Shown one piece after another: positions 1-15,833 of a stretch of 64,000 bases of DNA; the first letter of the stretch is position 1, and every line of letters begins with the position of its first letter. Location of the stretch: positions 6,386,001 to 6,450,000 of the forward strand of contig JBHGNT010000011.1 in the NCBI GenBank assembly GCA_043228905.1, written 5' to 3'. The notes under the pieces are model-generated. The model saw nothing but the letters and a program-made list of their open reading frames with translations. It had not been told where the DNA came from and searched no databases. The translations under genes were made by a program, and so were the position numbers. This stretch comes from Azolla caroliniana. Taxonomy: Eukaryota > Plantae > Polypodiophyta.

Positions 1-2815
1 CCCCCTCAAGACGTAATTAAGTGTACGTGCACTTCAACAACTCTCACTATCCCATATTACTAAAGGTCGATAATGAGCTCCCAAATTGTCATATGAAAAT
101 TTGGAGAATGGGCTTTATTATATTTAGGTCCCATTGGTCTAATAGCCAATTGTCGTAGTCCCTTTGTTTCTCTTTAACATGTATGTTTTTCTTCGATCCC
201 TTTGGGGCCACCATTCACTGTACAACACGTCACCAACATTGCTACAAATATCTTGTACAATCTAATGAGAATCTCCCATAGAAATGAAAGCAGGCAATAA
301 TAGTAATTACACGTCAAAACAAAGCAATAGTGCTTCTCGATTGAAGATATGTAAAATACTACAACAAAATATCTCTATGATAAAATTTTATATCGATCAT
401 TTGTATTTACTTTGTGTGAACCGAACAGTTATGAGTTCATACTTGAGATGTAATGCTAGGTATCAATCGTTCTAAATTTCATATATGTTTGTGGGAGCCA
501 ATATGTCGTATGCACGACAAACGAATAGGGAGTTTTATCTCCCCCATCTTTTCTATTCATGAACTTCCAAGTTTCTTATCATTTTCACAAAAAAGACATT
601 GGTTCAAACCCTTAAGATCAACCAATCTCATGTTGACACGTGTAATACAACATCAAGGAAGCTAGTAAGACAAGGTGACCAGCGACCACAACATAGGGTG
701 TTCATATGCATCACACACTTATGTTTTCCCTAGTGCCAAAACTAATGCTTATCATTTTCACAAAAAAGACATTGGCTCAAACCCATAAGATCAACCAATC
801 CCATGTTGACACATGTAGTACAACATCAGGGAAGCTAGTAAGACAAGGTGACCAACGACCACAACATAGGGACCTCATATGCATCACAGACCTATGTTTT
901 CCCTAGTGCCAAACTAATGCTTGAGTTATGTTGCAATTTCTAATACCTTTGTTTTGGTTGTTAACCCCATTTTGTCATCCCTATAGTTGTCTCTTGCCAT
1001 TGTTTTTCACTTGCTAAATCACCAATCCACATTGTTTATTAGCTTTTGTTTCCACCAAACTCAAGTTGCATATGTTGTTTATATTCATCAATCTACAAAT
1101 ACATTGATGTATTTTCCTACTCATAATTTGAAACAATACTATTAAATGATTGCATATTCCTCACACTTCACACAATAACACAACATTGTGACTATAGATG
1201 AAAATGAAGGCAAATAGGATCACATACGAGTTTCATTAATAAGTTTGTTTTCTAAAAAGTTGAATATATGTGCAATAGGTAGAACCCTTTCATTTACCTA
1301 GATATGGGAATTATATTTCTCACACTTGTAAACTAGACTAAATTTTGTTGCAAACAAAGTTAAAAGTTTCACGTTGACAACTTCCATAATAATGTCTAAC
1401 CATTCTCATCGCATATATAATTAACTCCATGGTGATCATCGCAAGATTTCACTAGTAACATATAGGTAAGTCTATCGAAGCACAAAGAGTGTAAGGAATG
1501 ATGATCAAGGCAAACATAACATACCATAAGTAGTTGCATAGGTCAAATAAGATGGATAGGTAAAACAAGTGATCATCTTCAATGGTCAAATATGACCTAA
1601 TGAAACCAAAGTGAAACATTTACGTACGGTGTGTATGGAGTTGAATAAGACTTAAAATGTCCTCATAGGTCAAATTATATGGACTATGGACCCAAGTGAA
1701 TCATTTTTGCATAACAGAGTGTGTGTGGAGTTGGTAAGTGATAACTATTTTCACATGCTGATAAAGGACCTCAATGTTCAATAGTTGTGCTACTCCACAT
1801 TGGGATAGCGGATGCAAAATGTGGTTTGAAGAGAAAGATCACAATTGGAAATATGAGGAAAGCCCATATGTGAATCGTGATTATGGTTAAGAAAGACATA
1901 CAAACTATGCATGAAATGGATGTGGAGCTTACGTGGTCATATTTAAAAGAGTGATATATTGATTTGAACACAAAAGACATGTTGTAAAGATTCAATCATA
2001 CCCATTTGTTGGCATACCTAGCAACCCCTAGAAGTTAGGCCCAGTAAAAAGATGCCTAAGGGTGGTGATGAGCCACTATTAATTTCTCTCGTGTCCCCCA
2101 CTCAAGTATATCCTTATATTAATGGGAGTAATCAATATTTGCAACAACATAGAAAGTAAAATCAATCATGTATAGTGGTTCTTAGCTTCATTACTTTAGG
2201 ACAAGCACTTTATCAAAAGTAGAAATCTCACAAGGTTCTAAGGTAAGGAATTAACAATTTAGGACCAAGAATTTTCTCTAAGTGAAGATTTTTGCAAAAA
2301 TCTAATCATAGGTATTAGGAAGTACAAGAAGGAGACCACTCATAGCTATGCTCACATGGCCAACAATTAAAGGTTTTCATTACAATCATGGTCAATTTAT
2401 GGATTGTCCAATTGTAGTTCACTTAAAGGTAAACAAGACATTACTTTTAGAGCTTTTCAAGCATAGGTGGTATGTTTTAGTCTAAAGTGATGGTTTTTAT
2501 CATGCATTCATATTGATAATAATGCTTCACACGTTTAGTTTAAGACCATGCACACAAATAATTTGGCTCAATAATTGCATGTTGATACCATTTAAGTGGT
2601 AAATCATAATGGGGAGTGTTTACCTAGGTATGTCTATTTGTAACTATAGTTGTAAATGTAATTGTGAAAACTTAAATATCTAGAAATAATGCATGTCCTT
2701 ACAAAATACAAATTTAACAAATTGGGGGTACCCATTCAAAGTGCTAACCCAATTGTCCAAAAGGTTGAGCCTCAAGTGCTTGGGTTTGGTTGGGATGAGG
2801 AAACGTTGCACCATG

Positions 2816-3960
2816 CAACAATGCTACTAGTTCCAAGAGCAATATGTAGACTACTTGGGTTTAGGTAAACTATTCACTTGTATGCTAGTGGATGCTAAAT
2901 CACATTACATACTTTTTGCATCAATACCCATATAGATCTTGGTCTTAGAGCTTAATCCTAGTTAAAAAAGTACTCTCACTAATGCAAGTGGATTGGAAAG
3001 AGGTCATGTGAGGCAAATCATTCAACTAAACAAACTAGGAAATACATTGAGTAGATGTTTGTTAATGTGCTTATGTTAAATTGGTTAACAAACTAGGAAA
3101 TACATTGAGTAGATGTTTGCTATTGTGCTTATGTTAAATTGGGTCTAGTAACAAACTACAATGTGATATAAAGGAAGTTGTGATGTAGAACTTTGTTATT
3201 CCAAGGAAAAAGGTGCAACAATGCACTAGTTCCAAGAGCAATATGTAGACTACTTGGGTTTAGGTAAACTATTCACTTGTATGCTAGCGGATGCTCAATC
3301 GCATTACATACTTTTTGAATCATATACCCAATAGATCTTGGTCTTAGAGCTTAATCCTAGTTTAAAAAGTATTGTCACTAATGCAAGTGGATTGGAAAGA
3401 GGCCACGTGAGGCAAATCGTTCAACTAAACAAACTAGGAAATACATTGAGTAGATGTTTGTTAATGTGCTTATGTTAAATTGGTCTAGTAACAAACTAGG
3501 AAATACATTGAGTAGATGTTTGCTATTGTGCTTATGTTAAATTGGATCTAGTAACAAACTACAATGTGATATAAAGGAAGTTGTGATGTAGAACTTTGTT
3601 ATTCCAAGGAAAAAGGTGAAGCAATGCAATAGTTCCAAGAGCAATATGTAGACTACTTGGGTTTAGGTAAACTATTCACTTGTATGCTAGTGGATGCTCG
3701 ATCATAGTACATACTCTATGAATCATATACCCAATAGATCTTGATCTTAGAGCTCAATCCCAGCTAAACAAGTATCGCCACTAATGCGAGTGGATTAGAA
3801 AGAGGCCACGTAAGGCAAGTCATTCAACTAAACAAACTAGGAAATACATTGAGTAGATGTTTGCTAATGTGATTATGTTAAATTGCTCTAGTAACAAACT
3901 ATAATGTGATATAAAGGAAGTTGTCACGTAGAACTTTGATATTCCCGGGAAAAAGTTGAC
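2816..3960. repeat. About 400-bp unit in three tandem copies (also at ~20808-21950 in the duplicate)
   Basis: ctagttccaagagcaatatgtagactacttgggtttaggtaaactattcacttgtatgctag recurs near 2827, 3225 and 3629. Each unit contains an internal repeat of aacaaactaggaaatacattgagtagatgtttg. Confidence 0.85.
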
Positions 3961-5467
3961 TACGATAAGAAACTCAAATTCTATTGTTGATTGAGGTGCT
4001 GCTTTGGATTTTTCTTGCTTTATAAAGGATAACTTGATAAGGAGAATAATCAATGCATCTCATCAATGTAGCGACAATAGTACCTATGCTAGGGATGGCT
4101 ATGTACCTATTCGTAGGTGAATAAGAAATTCCATATATATGGGGCAATCATGCAATGTAGACTATTGCCTTGAAAAAGGAAACATGACATGACAATCTTC
4201 TTTATGTCATGTCAATAATTTAGGTTATCTTAGAGCTAAATAAGTAGTTAAACGAAGATATTTTGATGTTTAGAAGTGTTCTATTGGAACCTTCTCCGAT
4301 AAATAGATTAAAAGGTCCAATAGGGAAGCATGCAATAAACTAAACTATTTGCACATGATGTGACCAACTTTAAGTGTGAGTATTGTGATATGGGCCTTTA
4401 CCTAGATTGGACAAAATTTGGTAGTGCAATTGGCACGAGCACCGCTGAAAAGTTGTGGTCCCATCTAGGGATATCATAATGTAGGTACATAGGTAAGATC
4501 CCAATGCATCTACTTAAATAATTGAAGTTTTCTTTGCTAAGGATAGAGATATTTGGATATCATATGTAAAAGAGTCTTGGGATGAGCATAATGCCATTCC
4601 TACTTACTATTGCAAATATGTGTATGTGCAACGCTATATATTCAAATATATGTTGCACCATCCACTTGAATAGTTTAATGATTTATCCCACGTAACAATG
4701 TTGTTCATATGAACAAGGTCTTAAGTTAGCTTAGGGTGAAAACACAAGATCATCTAGAAACAAATAAATAGTAAAGGAAACTTTGAGCATGTTGTGAGAG
4801 TCCTAGGAGCCAATGAGTTTTGAGCTAGGGAAGTTGAAATACACAAGCATTACATGTGTGACATGATCGAGGTTACTTTGATGATAGATAGAGTTGAACA
4901 AACAACTACAATTTACAGACATGTGAGATCATCCCAATCCCAGCGCACAAGGATATAACGGTGGTCGGTATATACACACTCATACACGATATCATACCAA
5001 ATCTATCAACTTAGGAGATTTAACAAGAGCGATGAGATCATCCCCACATGCACAGAAGCCTGAGAGCATCTCGGGCATATTGGGGGTGGAGGGTCATATG
5101 AACACCCCTGGTCTTAATATGATGTCGTGACAAATGCGGGATGTGCATGGGAGACACACACACACACACACACACACACACAAGAGCATGTCCACGGGGT
5201 GCCGGCATGTCTAAGAAGGAAGGCCCACTCTCCAAAGGAAGGCTCATACGAACAAGGCCTTACGAGGGGATATAGGGAGTGAAGAGATCATTGCTTGCAA
5301 GCACATATGGGAGGAAAAGGAAAGGAAAGGAAAGAACTCCTCTTCAAGCCTATAGACTATGTATTGTTGGTTTAAACTTTAGCCATAGCCCATAGCCCTA
5401 AGAGAGAGAGAGAGAGAGGTAGATTCTCTCTTAGAGAGAGAGGGAGTGAGAGGTGGTGGAGGCATAG

Positions 5468-6357
<890 letters not shown>

Positions 6358-6457
6358 NNNNNNNNNNNNNNNNNNNNNNNNNNNNNNNNNNNNNNNNNNN
6401 NNNNNNNNNNNNNNNNNNNNNNNNNNNNNNNNNNNNNNNNNNNNNNNNNNNNNNNNN
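6358..6457. other. Assembly gap (100 N)
   Basis: Exactly 100 Ns, typical of a scaffolding placeholder of unknown size. Confidence 0.99.
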
Positions 6458-7899
6458 ATCAATCGGCTAATTGAGCTCTTCTCAAACTTAGATGATTGGG
6501 TTTTAAATTTGTTCTTCAACACAGGTATATAATATAAGTTTAATCGCATTATTTTAGATTAACTTATAGACTATGTTCAGTTTTTTTTTTAAATGTGCAA
6601 TTCCATTCTACTAGTAAGTACTACTATAGCATGTGCATTAAAGATGTTCCATAAATGTGTTGCATTGGAAGACCCTGAACTAGTGAACGTCATCAAAATG
6701 GGGATCCAAGGTATTTGGGATTGTCCCGATCAAGACCAAGAAGTTGGTGCAAAGAATATCAATGAAACAAAAATGTTCCATTAGATTTCAAGAGAACCAA
6801 TGGACCCTAGCAAGGAACCTTGTGGACTTGGAAGATATATTAGAGTCTGAACATATCCACAATTCAGCTGAGGGTATCCAAGATGCCAATGAGGACAATC
6901 TAGAACAATCAGCTAATCCTGACGAGCCCCCATACACTTACGTATAGATTGAATGCATGTGGGTAAATGTATAGTTTGAACAATATTAATTGTTAATCTT
7001 TGACATTATTTATATCTTAAATGTAAAATTTGAGTTTAGTATAATTTACATGTATACATGTTGTCTATAGTCCATTCTAGTTTGGGGTATTCACATGAAA
7101 TTAAACTTTATCATTTGTTCGTATGATTAGAAAGTTATTATAGTTCAGTTTCAATTCACATTGAAGGTGTCATGTGTCATGTGTTATTGGAAATTTTCTC
7201 AAGTTATTGTAGTTCAATTTCAATTCACATTGAAGGTGTCACGTGTCATGTGTCATGTGTTATTGGAATATTTCTCTCGACATAATAGTAACTCATAACT
7301 GCAACCTCCACAAATCCCTTATAGATGTATTATATATAAATATACACACAAAATTAACATTGTAACATTTATTCAGTGAGGTATGATTTTTATATTATGC
7401 ACAATACGGATTAATAAAATTAAAGTTGCATTGAGTTTCATAACTTATCTAAGATTTGGATATAAAAACATAATAGATAGAATATAAGAATATTGATTTT
7501 CTTGTCATAATATTATGTTGTTCAAAGTTCAAAAATCCACTATGTTTTAAGACACTATGATAATGTACAGATGAGTCATACATTTTTGAAACTTTGTTAA
7601 AATAAAGCATTTTTTAACATCTCACCAAGATGTGAAAAGGAGAATTTGACATATTACCTATTTCAAATCACTTGGTGTTGGAGGAGCTTCTCCTCATTTT
7701 CATTTATTCCCGACCTTTGAGTTCTACTCTCACCACTTGTAAATATCGAAGTTCTCTCTTGTCCTTCTACATAGTTTGAGAGTTGTCCTGACTTGTCTCG
7801 ATCGAGTCTCGATTGGTCCTGACTCAGTCCCACACGTATCATCATATTCAACATTTAAATTGGTACGTACGGTGGGGTCGATCTCATAATTGTGGTAGT

Positions 7900-9735
7900 A
7901 TTTAGATTCCTGGAAGGGTTCTATACTTTGTTGTAACTTGTAAGTTAGTCATGAATTTGTTGCCCTTAAACCTTATAATGAATGTGTCATTCTAGTCTTG
8001 TGATGTCATCACAACATGTATAACAACTATATGTTGAAAGCCTAAAACAACGCTAATGAATTCTAAGTAAAGAACTTTATCAGTTTTCATATTGTGCGTC
8101 TCTCTTCCTTCCTTTCTGTTCTACAACCTTTTTTAGAGGAGTCGCCCATAGCTTTGTCCCCTCCAACAAAGAGCCTTCATTTTCACATCCTTCTTAACCT
8201 CTATGGAAGCCAACCATACCTTGAACTTTGAGGAACTTCATCGTCAATGGGTACATCGAAAATTCCTCTTTGTGTCAATTACAAAGTTTAAGAAACAAAA
8301 ATTGTCATGTCATGGGCATCATCCTACACACATTAGACTGTAGAAATTCCAAGTTGCATTAGTATGACCTACACATGTACCTTGTGAACGCCTTTCACTT
8401 TCTTTCTAATCATGCAATGGTCTCTAAATTCTGAGTTCATGTAAGATAAAGTTGGAGGGCACCCCTAGTATCTTCATTTCAATCTTCAAGATGTAGCCTA
8501 AATGACCATGTCACACCATAATCTCTATTAACAAATCCATCACCATTGGCAAATGCTCACTAAGATATGTGCAATGGGTACAACACCAACATGCAATAAA
8601 AAGATCCTATTTAGGATTTTGAAAGTTTGTTCAATGAATACCATCCAATATTCAATATTCTAGACAAGTGACCGACTACAAACTTTACAAACTTTTCGTC
8701 AATTCAAGCACGTGGCACACTTTGTCCCACTAGAACTACTCCCCATTGGGAAACTTTCACATATCCAATAACGCACATTGGTTTGACTTCCCAACAAGAT
8801 GGTCTTATGAGCAAAATTGTTAGTTAACAACTCTCAATGTGGTGTACATGACATGACATGCTCAAATCCAACCACCACACATGAGACATTTTCTCTATGA
8901 AGAGAGACTCCCTAAGTGTCGCAAAGAGGACCTTTGACTCCTTTAGCACCTTATTATTGGCTTTTGATCCAATTTTCTAAGGGCCGAATGTGCACTGAAT
9001 ATCAACTTTCAAAATGATCTCTTTGTGTGGCCTATTCACCTCCATATATGAGATGCATCTTGTGGTGTGCTCATACTTAATATTGTGTGGCATGTCCCAC
9101 AAACTTGGCAATTTGCACATGAGGATAGCGACTTGCATCTTTGCATCCACACTCACCTTTAGGCTCTTCATCTACTAAATGATGCATCCATGTGGATAGC
9201 GTGATCGAATTGGATCTATTTACATAAAATTCATACAAACCTTCACATCAAGTAAACATCTGATATAGTGTTCTTCCTCTTTCACACAATTTCTTCTGCA
9301 TCTCCCTCCAGTTTTAGCAATCTACTACTTCTACCAAGGATACATTGTTCATGAGAGGAAGTCAAAACAGTTGGTCATTAGCTCAAGTTCCTCGCAATCT
9401 TTATTTGTCATGTTAAGCAGGTTCTTCTCTGCAATAGTTTCCATGATCGCGTTTCAATAAAACCATCTTTAATTTGATTCTTCTATAAGGCAAGATTCAT
9501 GCCAGCAAATTTCAAAACCTCAAGACTCCACTTTCTAGATTCATGAACCAATATTGTGCAATGAGACACTCTTATGCATGCAACAACATTGTGATTGTCT
9601 TTGTGATTAGGCTATGAGATTTTCTTGTTCTTCAATGGCTGATTTATGTTCTATTTCTCATATGTGTCTCTTGTGTGTCTTTCAACGTTCTTCCTCTTTA
9701 CCCTTTTGCCCACGGATCCATCGCTCTAATGCCAC
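7900..9735 (-). mobile_element. Highly decayed Ty1/Copia remnant
   Basis: ORF 8977-9171 (DAKMQVAILMCKLPSLWD) resembles the Copia gag LLxSLPxSWD motif. gctctaatgcca at ~9723-9734 resembles a decayed tRNA-iMet PBS (gctctgatacca). Boundaries are approximate. Confidence 0.5.
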
Positions 9736-10893
9736 TTCTTGGCATCAAACAACTCAAGGTTTGACCTAATTCATTGAGATCTAAAGGATTTACTATTGTG
9801 ACCATTAGAGAGAATGCAAACGATGACAAGATCATGATGATTGGGACAAAACTTAAAAGACACAATGAGATGGTATATAGATTCCTTAATTTCATCATAT
9901 GCAAGAATTGCCTCAAAAACATCATTAAACCCAACAAGCTCATCCAACCCGGTTAATTTGAGGAAAAGTGCTCAGAAGTTTATTTATTCTTACACTGGTT
10001 AGAGATATAGAAGCCTTTCTTGTTGAGAAAAATGATATGAAATGTTTCTGTCAATTAACTACCAAACAAGCTCTAACTGATTGTATAGTTCTATGGTTGG
10101 TTATTTCATGGCCTTCCCCTCTAGTATGTCTTGTTTACATCAAATAGGAATGTCCAGTCATATATATAAACAAGTCAATATACTTGGGAGGTTCTTCTTT
10201 CAAGAGTATTTCAAATTTGATGATGTGCTCTCTTGGAGTTCACACTAGGTCGGCCTAATTTATACAATGTATAAGCAAATCAATATGGTTAGGTGGTTCC
10301 TCTTTCGATAGAGAGATATCTTTTCAAACTCGATGATTTGGTTTCCTTGGGTTCAATCTCATGTATATTCTTTAGGGAAAAGCACACACAAGAGAAGAGT
10401 AAATTTCAAATTTTGAACACTCGAAGAGGGACGCTTATTGATAGAGCAAAGGCGATATTCCCTATGTGAACTTTGTGAAGTGTTACAAAGGATCAAAACA
10501 ATTTACATATTCACTTATTATGAATTTGCCCATCAACAACGTACATTGAAAAAAAAATAGACAATACATAGATGCATTCTTTTATTTTAAGAGCCCTGAT
10601 CATCAATTTGAATCTCTTGATGCATATAGAGACTGCAAGCAAAGAAACAAAACTACAAAACAATAGAGAAAAGATGGTTGTGCGAGTGATCAGATCAAAC
10701 CAGCAAACGATACATAAGTGAAGTGTGAAACAAGGAAAAAGCATTATGTATATGTATGTATAAATATATGTTTATTATATAGTGGTGTCAAGACCATGGT
10801 GTTAGATCTTACCAAAGAAAGGGAAGTTCTCCAAATGTATTTAACCTCTCGAGAGCAAGGATCAAACCAACCTGGACAGACAATTAAAAGCAT

Positions 10894-10998
10894 GGCACAC
10901 TCCCTACGCAGGAATTATCCTGTTCAGGTGCAAAGGGACTCTCTCAGCATTGCTCTTTCTACAGTATAACTGCAGATAGAACAAGCACCCCTGGTGCC
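10894..10998 (-). ncRNA. TPP riboswitch aptamer in THIC 3' UTR
   Basis: Minus strand reads GGCACCAGGGGTGCTTGTTCTATCTGCAGTTATACTGTAGAAAGAGCAATGCTGAGAGAGTCCCTTTGCACCTGAACAGGATAATTCCTGCGTAGGGAGTGTGCC. It shows P1 GGCAC/GTGCC, a long P3 hairpin, UGAGA, CCCUU, ACCUGA, P5 CAGG-AUAAUU-CCUG and CGUAGGGAG. It sits ~370 nt downstream of the THIC stop. Confidence 0.97.
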
Positions 10999-11367
10999 CG
11001 ATAATCAGAAACGGGTTTTCTTTCATCTATTTTGGCAAACTCTTCGAAAATGAAAATAGATATATACGGATTGTTCACACAAAACGAAGGGGGAAAAAAA
11101 AGATAGTTATATCTAATCTTAATTCATGAAGTAAGTAGCTAGCCTCCAGAGATTGTTAATGACATCAAACACTTGTCATGACCATCGGGCAAGAACAGGG
11201 GATGTCTGCATTTTTGCTTGATGTTATGGATGCAGACGCCTTTTTAACACCCTATAAAAGAGAAATCAGATTGTTTAGAGAAGATTTAGAATTCCTTAAA
11301 ACAGAAATCAATTTGTTCAGAGAGAAAAAGGTTCTGTGAAAGAAGTATGCACCAGGTAATCTACATT

Positions 11368-14885
<3,518 letters not shown>

Positions 14886-15490
14886 CTAGAAGGGAAGGAG
14901 CTGCCGATGAAACTGCGAGAGAGAGAGAGAGAGAGAGAGGACTACGTCTGTGGACCCGATGTAAATGAGTTCACGTAAGAATGGGGGAGGAAAAGAGAGA
15001 CAGACTTTTATGCAGAAAGAAGAAGCTCTTGTGGCCCACCGAGAGAGAGAGAATAAATATCTGTTATCTTTTCCTTTCCATTGAAAGCAACAAAACATGC
15101 ACAGAAGAAAGCAATAATTATGAGATTAAAGATAGACAGAGAGAGGGAAGGTGTCATGGAATCTTCATTGTATGTACCTGTAGATGATGTGATTCTTGTC
15201 TGTCTGTCAGGGAGAGATATAACTCAGAGCGGTGGGTCGGAGGTCATCAGTATAGTATGTATGTACATAAGTGCAGAGATTGTAGAAAGACGGAAATCAA
15301 AGCGAGTGGGGAAAGAGAAGAGAGAGAAAGATAGAATCTGTGAATTATTGGAGGTACTTGATGATGAAGCTACAGTATGTATGTGTGTGTGGTCATGGCA
15401 GGAAGAGAGAGAGAAAGATTCGCCATCGCCGATGATGGCTTCTGAGAGAGGGAAAGACAGACAAGACAGACAGGGATTGGAATTTAAATA

Positions 15491-15833
15491 TGTAAATTTG
15501 AGATAATAAATAACAGAGATTGGAAGTTAAAAATGTAAATTTGAGATTATAAATAACAGAGATTGAAAGTTAAAACTGTAAATTTGAGATATTAATTAAC
15601 AGAGACTGAAAGTTAAGAATGTAAATTTGCGATAATAATTAACAGAGATTGAAAGTTAAGAATGTAAATTTGAGATAATAAATAACAGAGATTGAAAGTT
15701 AAAACTGTAAATTTGAGATAATAAATAACAGAGATTGAAAGTTAAAAATGTAAATTTGAGTTAATAATAACAGAGATTGAAAGTTACATATGTAAATTGA
15801 GATTGGAAGTAAAATATGTAAAATTGAGATAAT
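15491..15833. repeat. 43-bp minisatellite, about 7.5 copies, upstream of THIC
   Basis: tgtaaatttgagataataaataacagagattgaaagttaaaaa-like units start at 15491, 15534, 15577, 15620, 15663, 15706 and 15749, followed by partial units. Confidence 0.93.

Noticed and set aside
6458-7300. Possible DNA-transposon (hAT-like) end after the gap
   Set aside because: There is only a short duplicated tgtcatgtgt-rich motif and uninformative ORFs, with no TIR pair, TSD or transposase motif identified.
14886-15098. 70-aa minus-strand ORF whose stop abuts the THIC leader splice donor (possible uORF)
   Set aside because: It is low-complexity (CT repeat) with no recognisable motif, and may begin upstream of the TSS. 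It cannot be supported without TSS or ribosome-profiling data.
15491-15833. Possible CRISPR-like array
   Set aside because: The units are contiguous near-identical 43-mers with no unique spacers and no cas genes, in a eukaryotic context.
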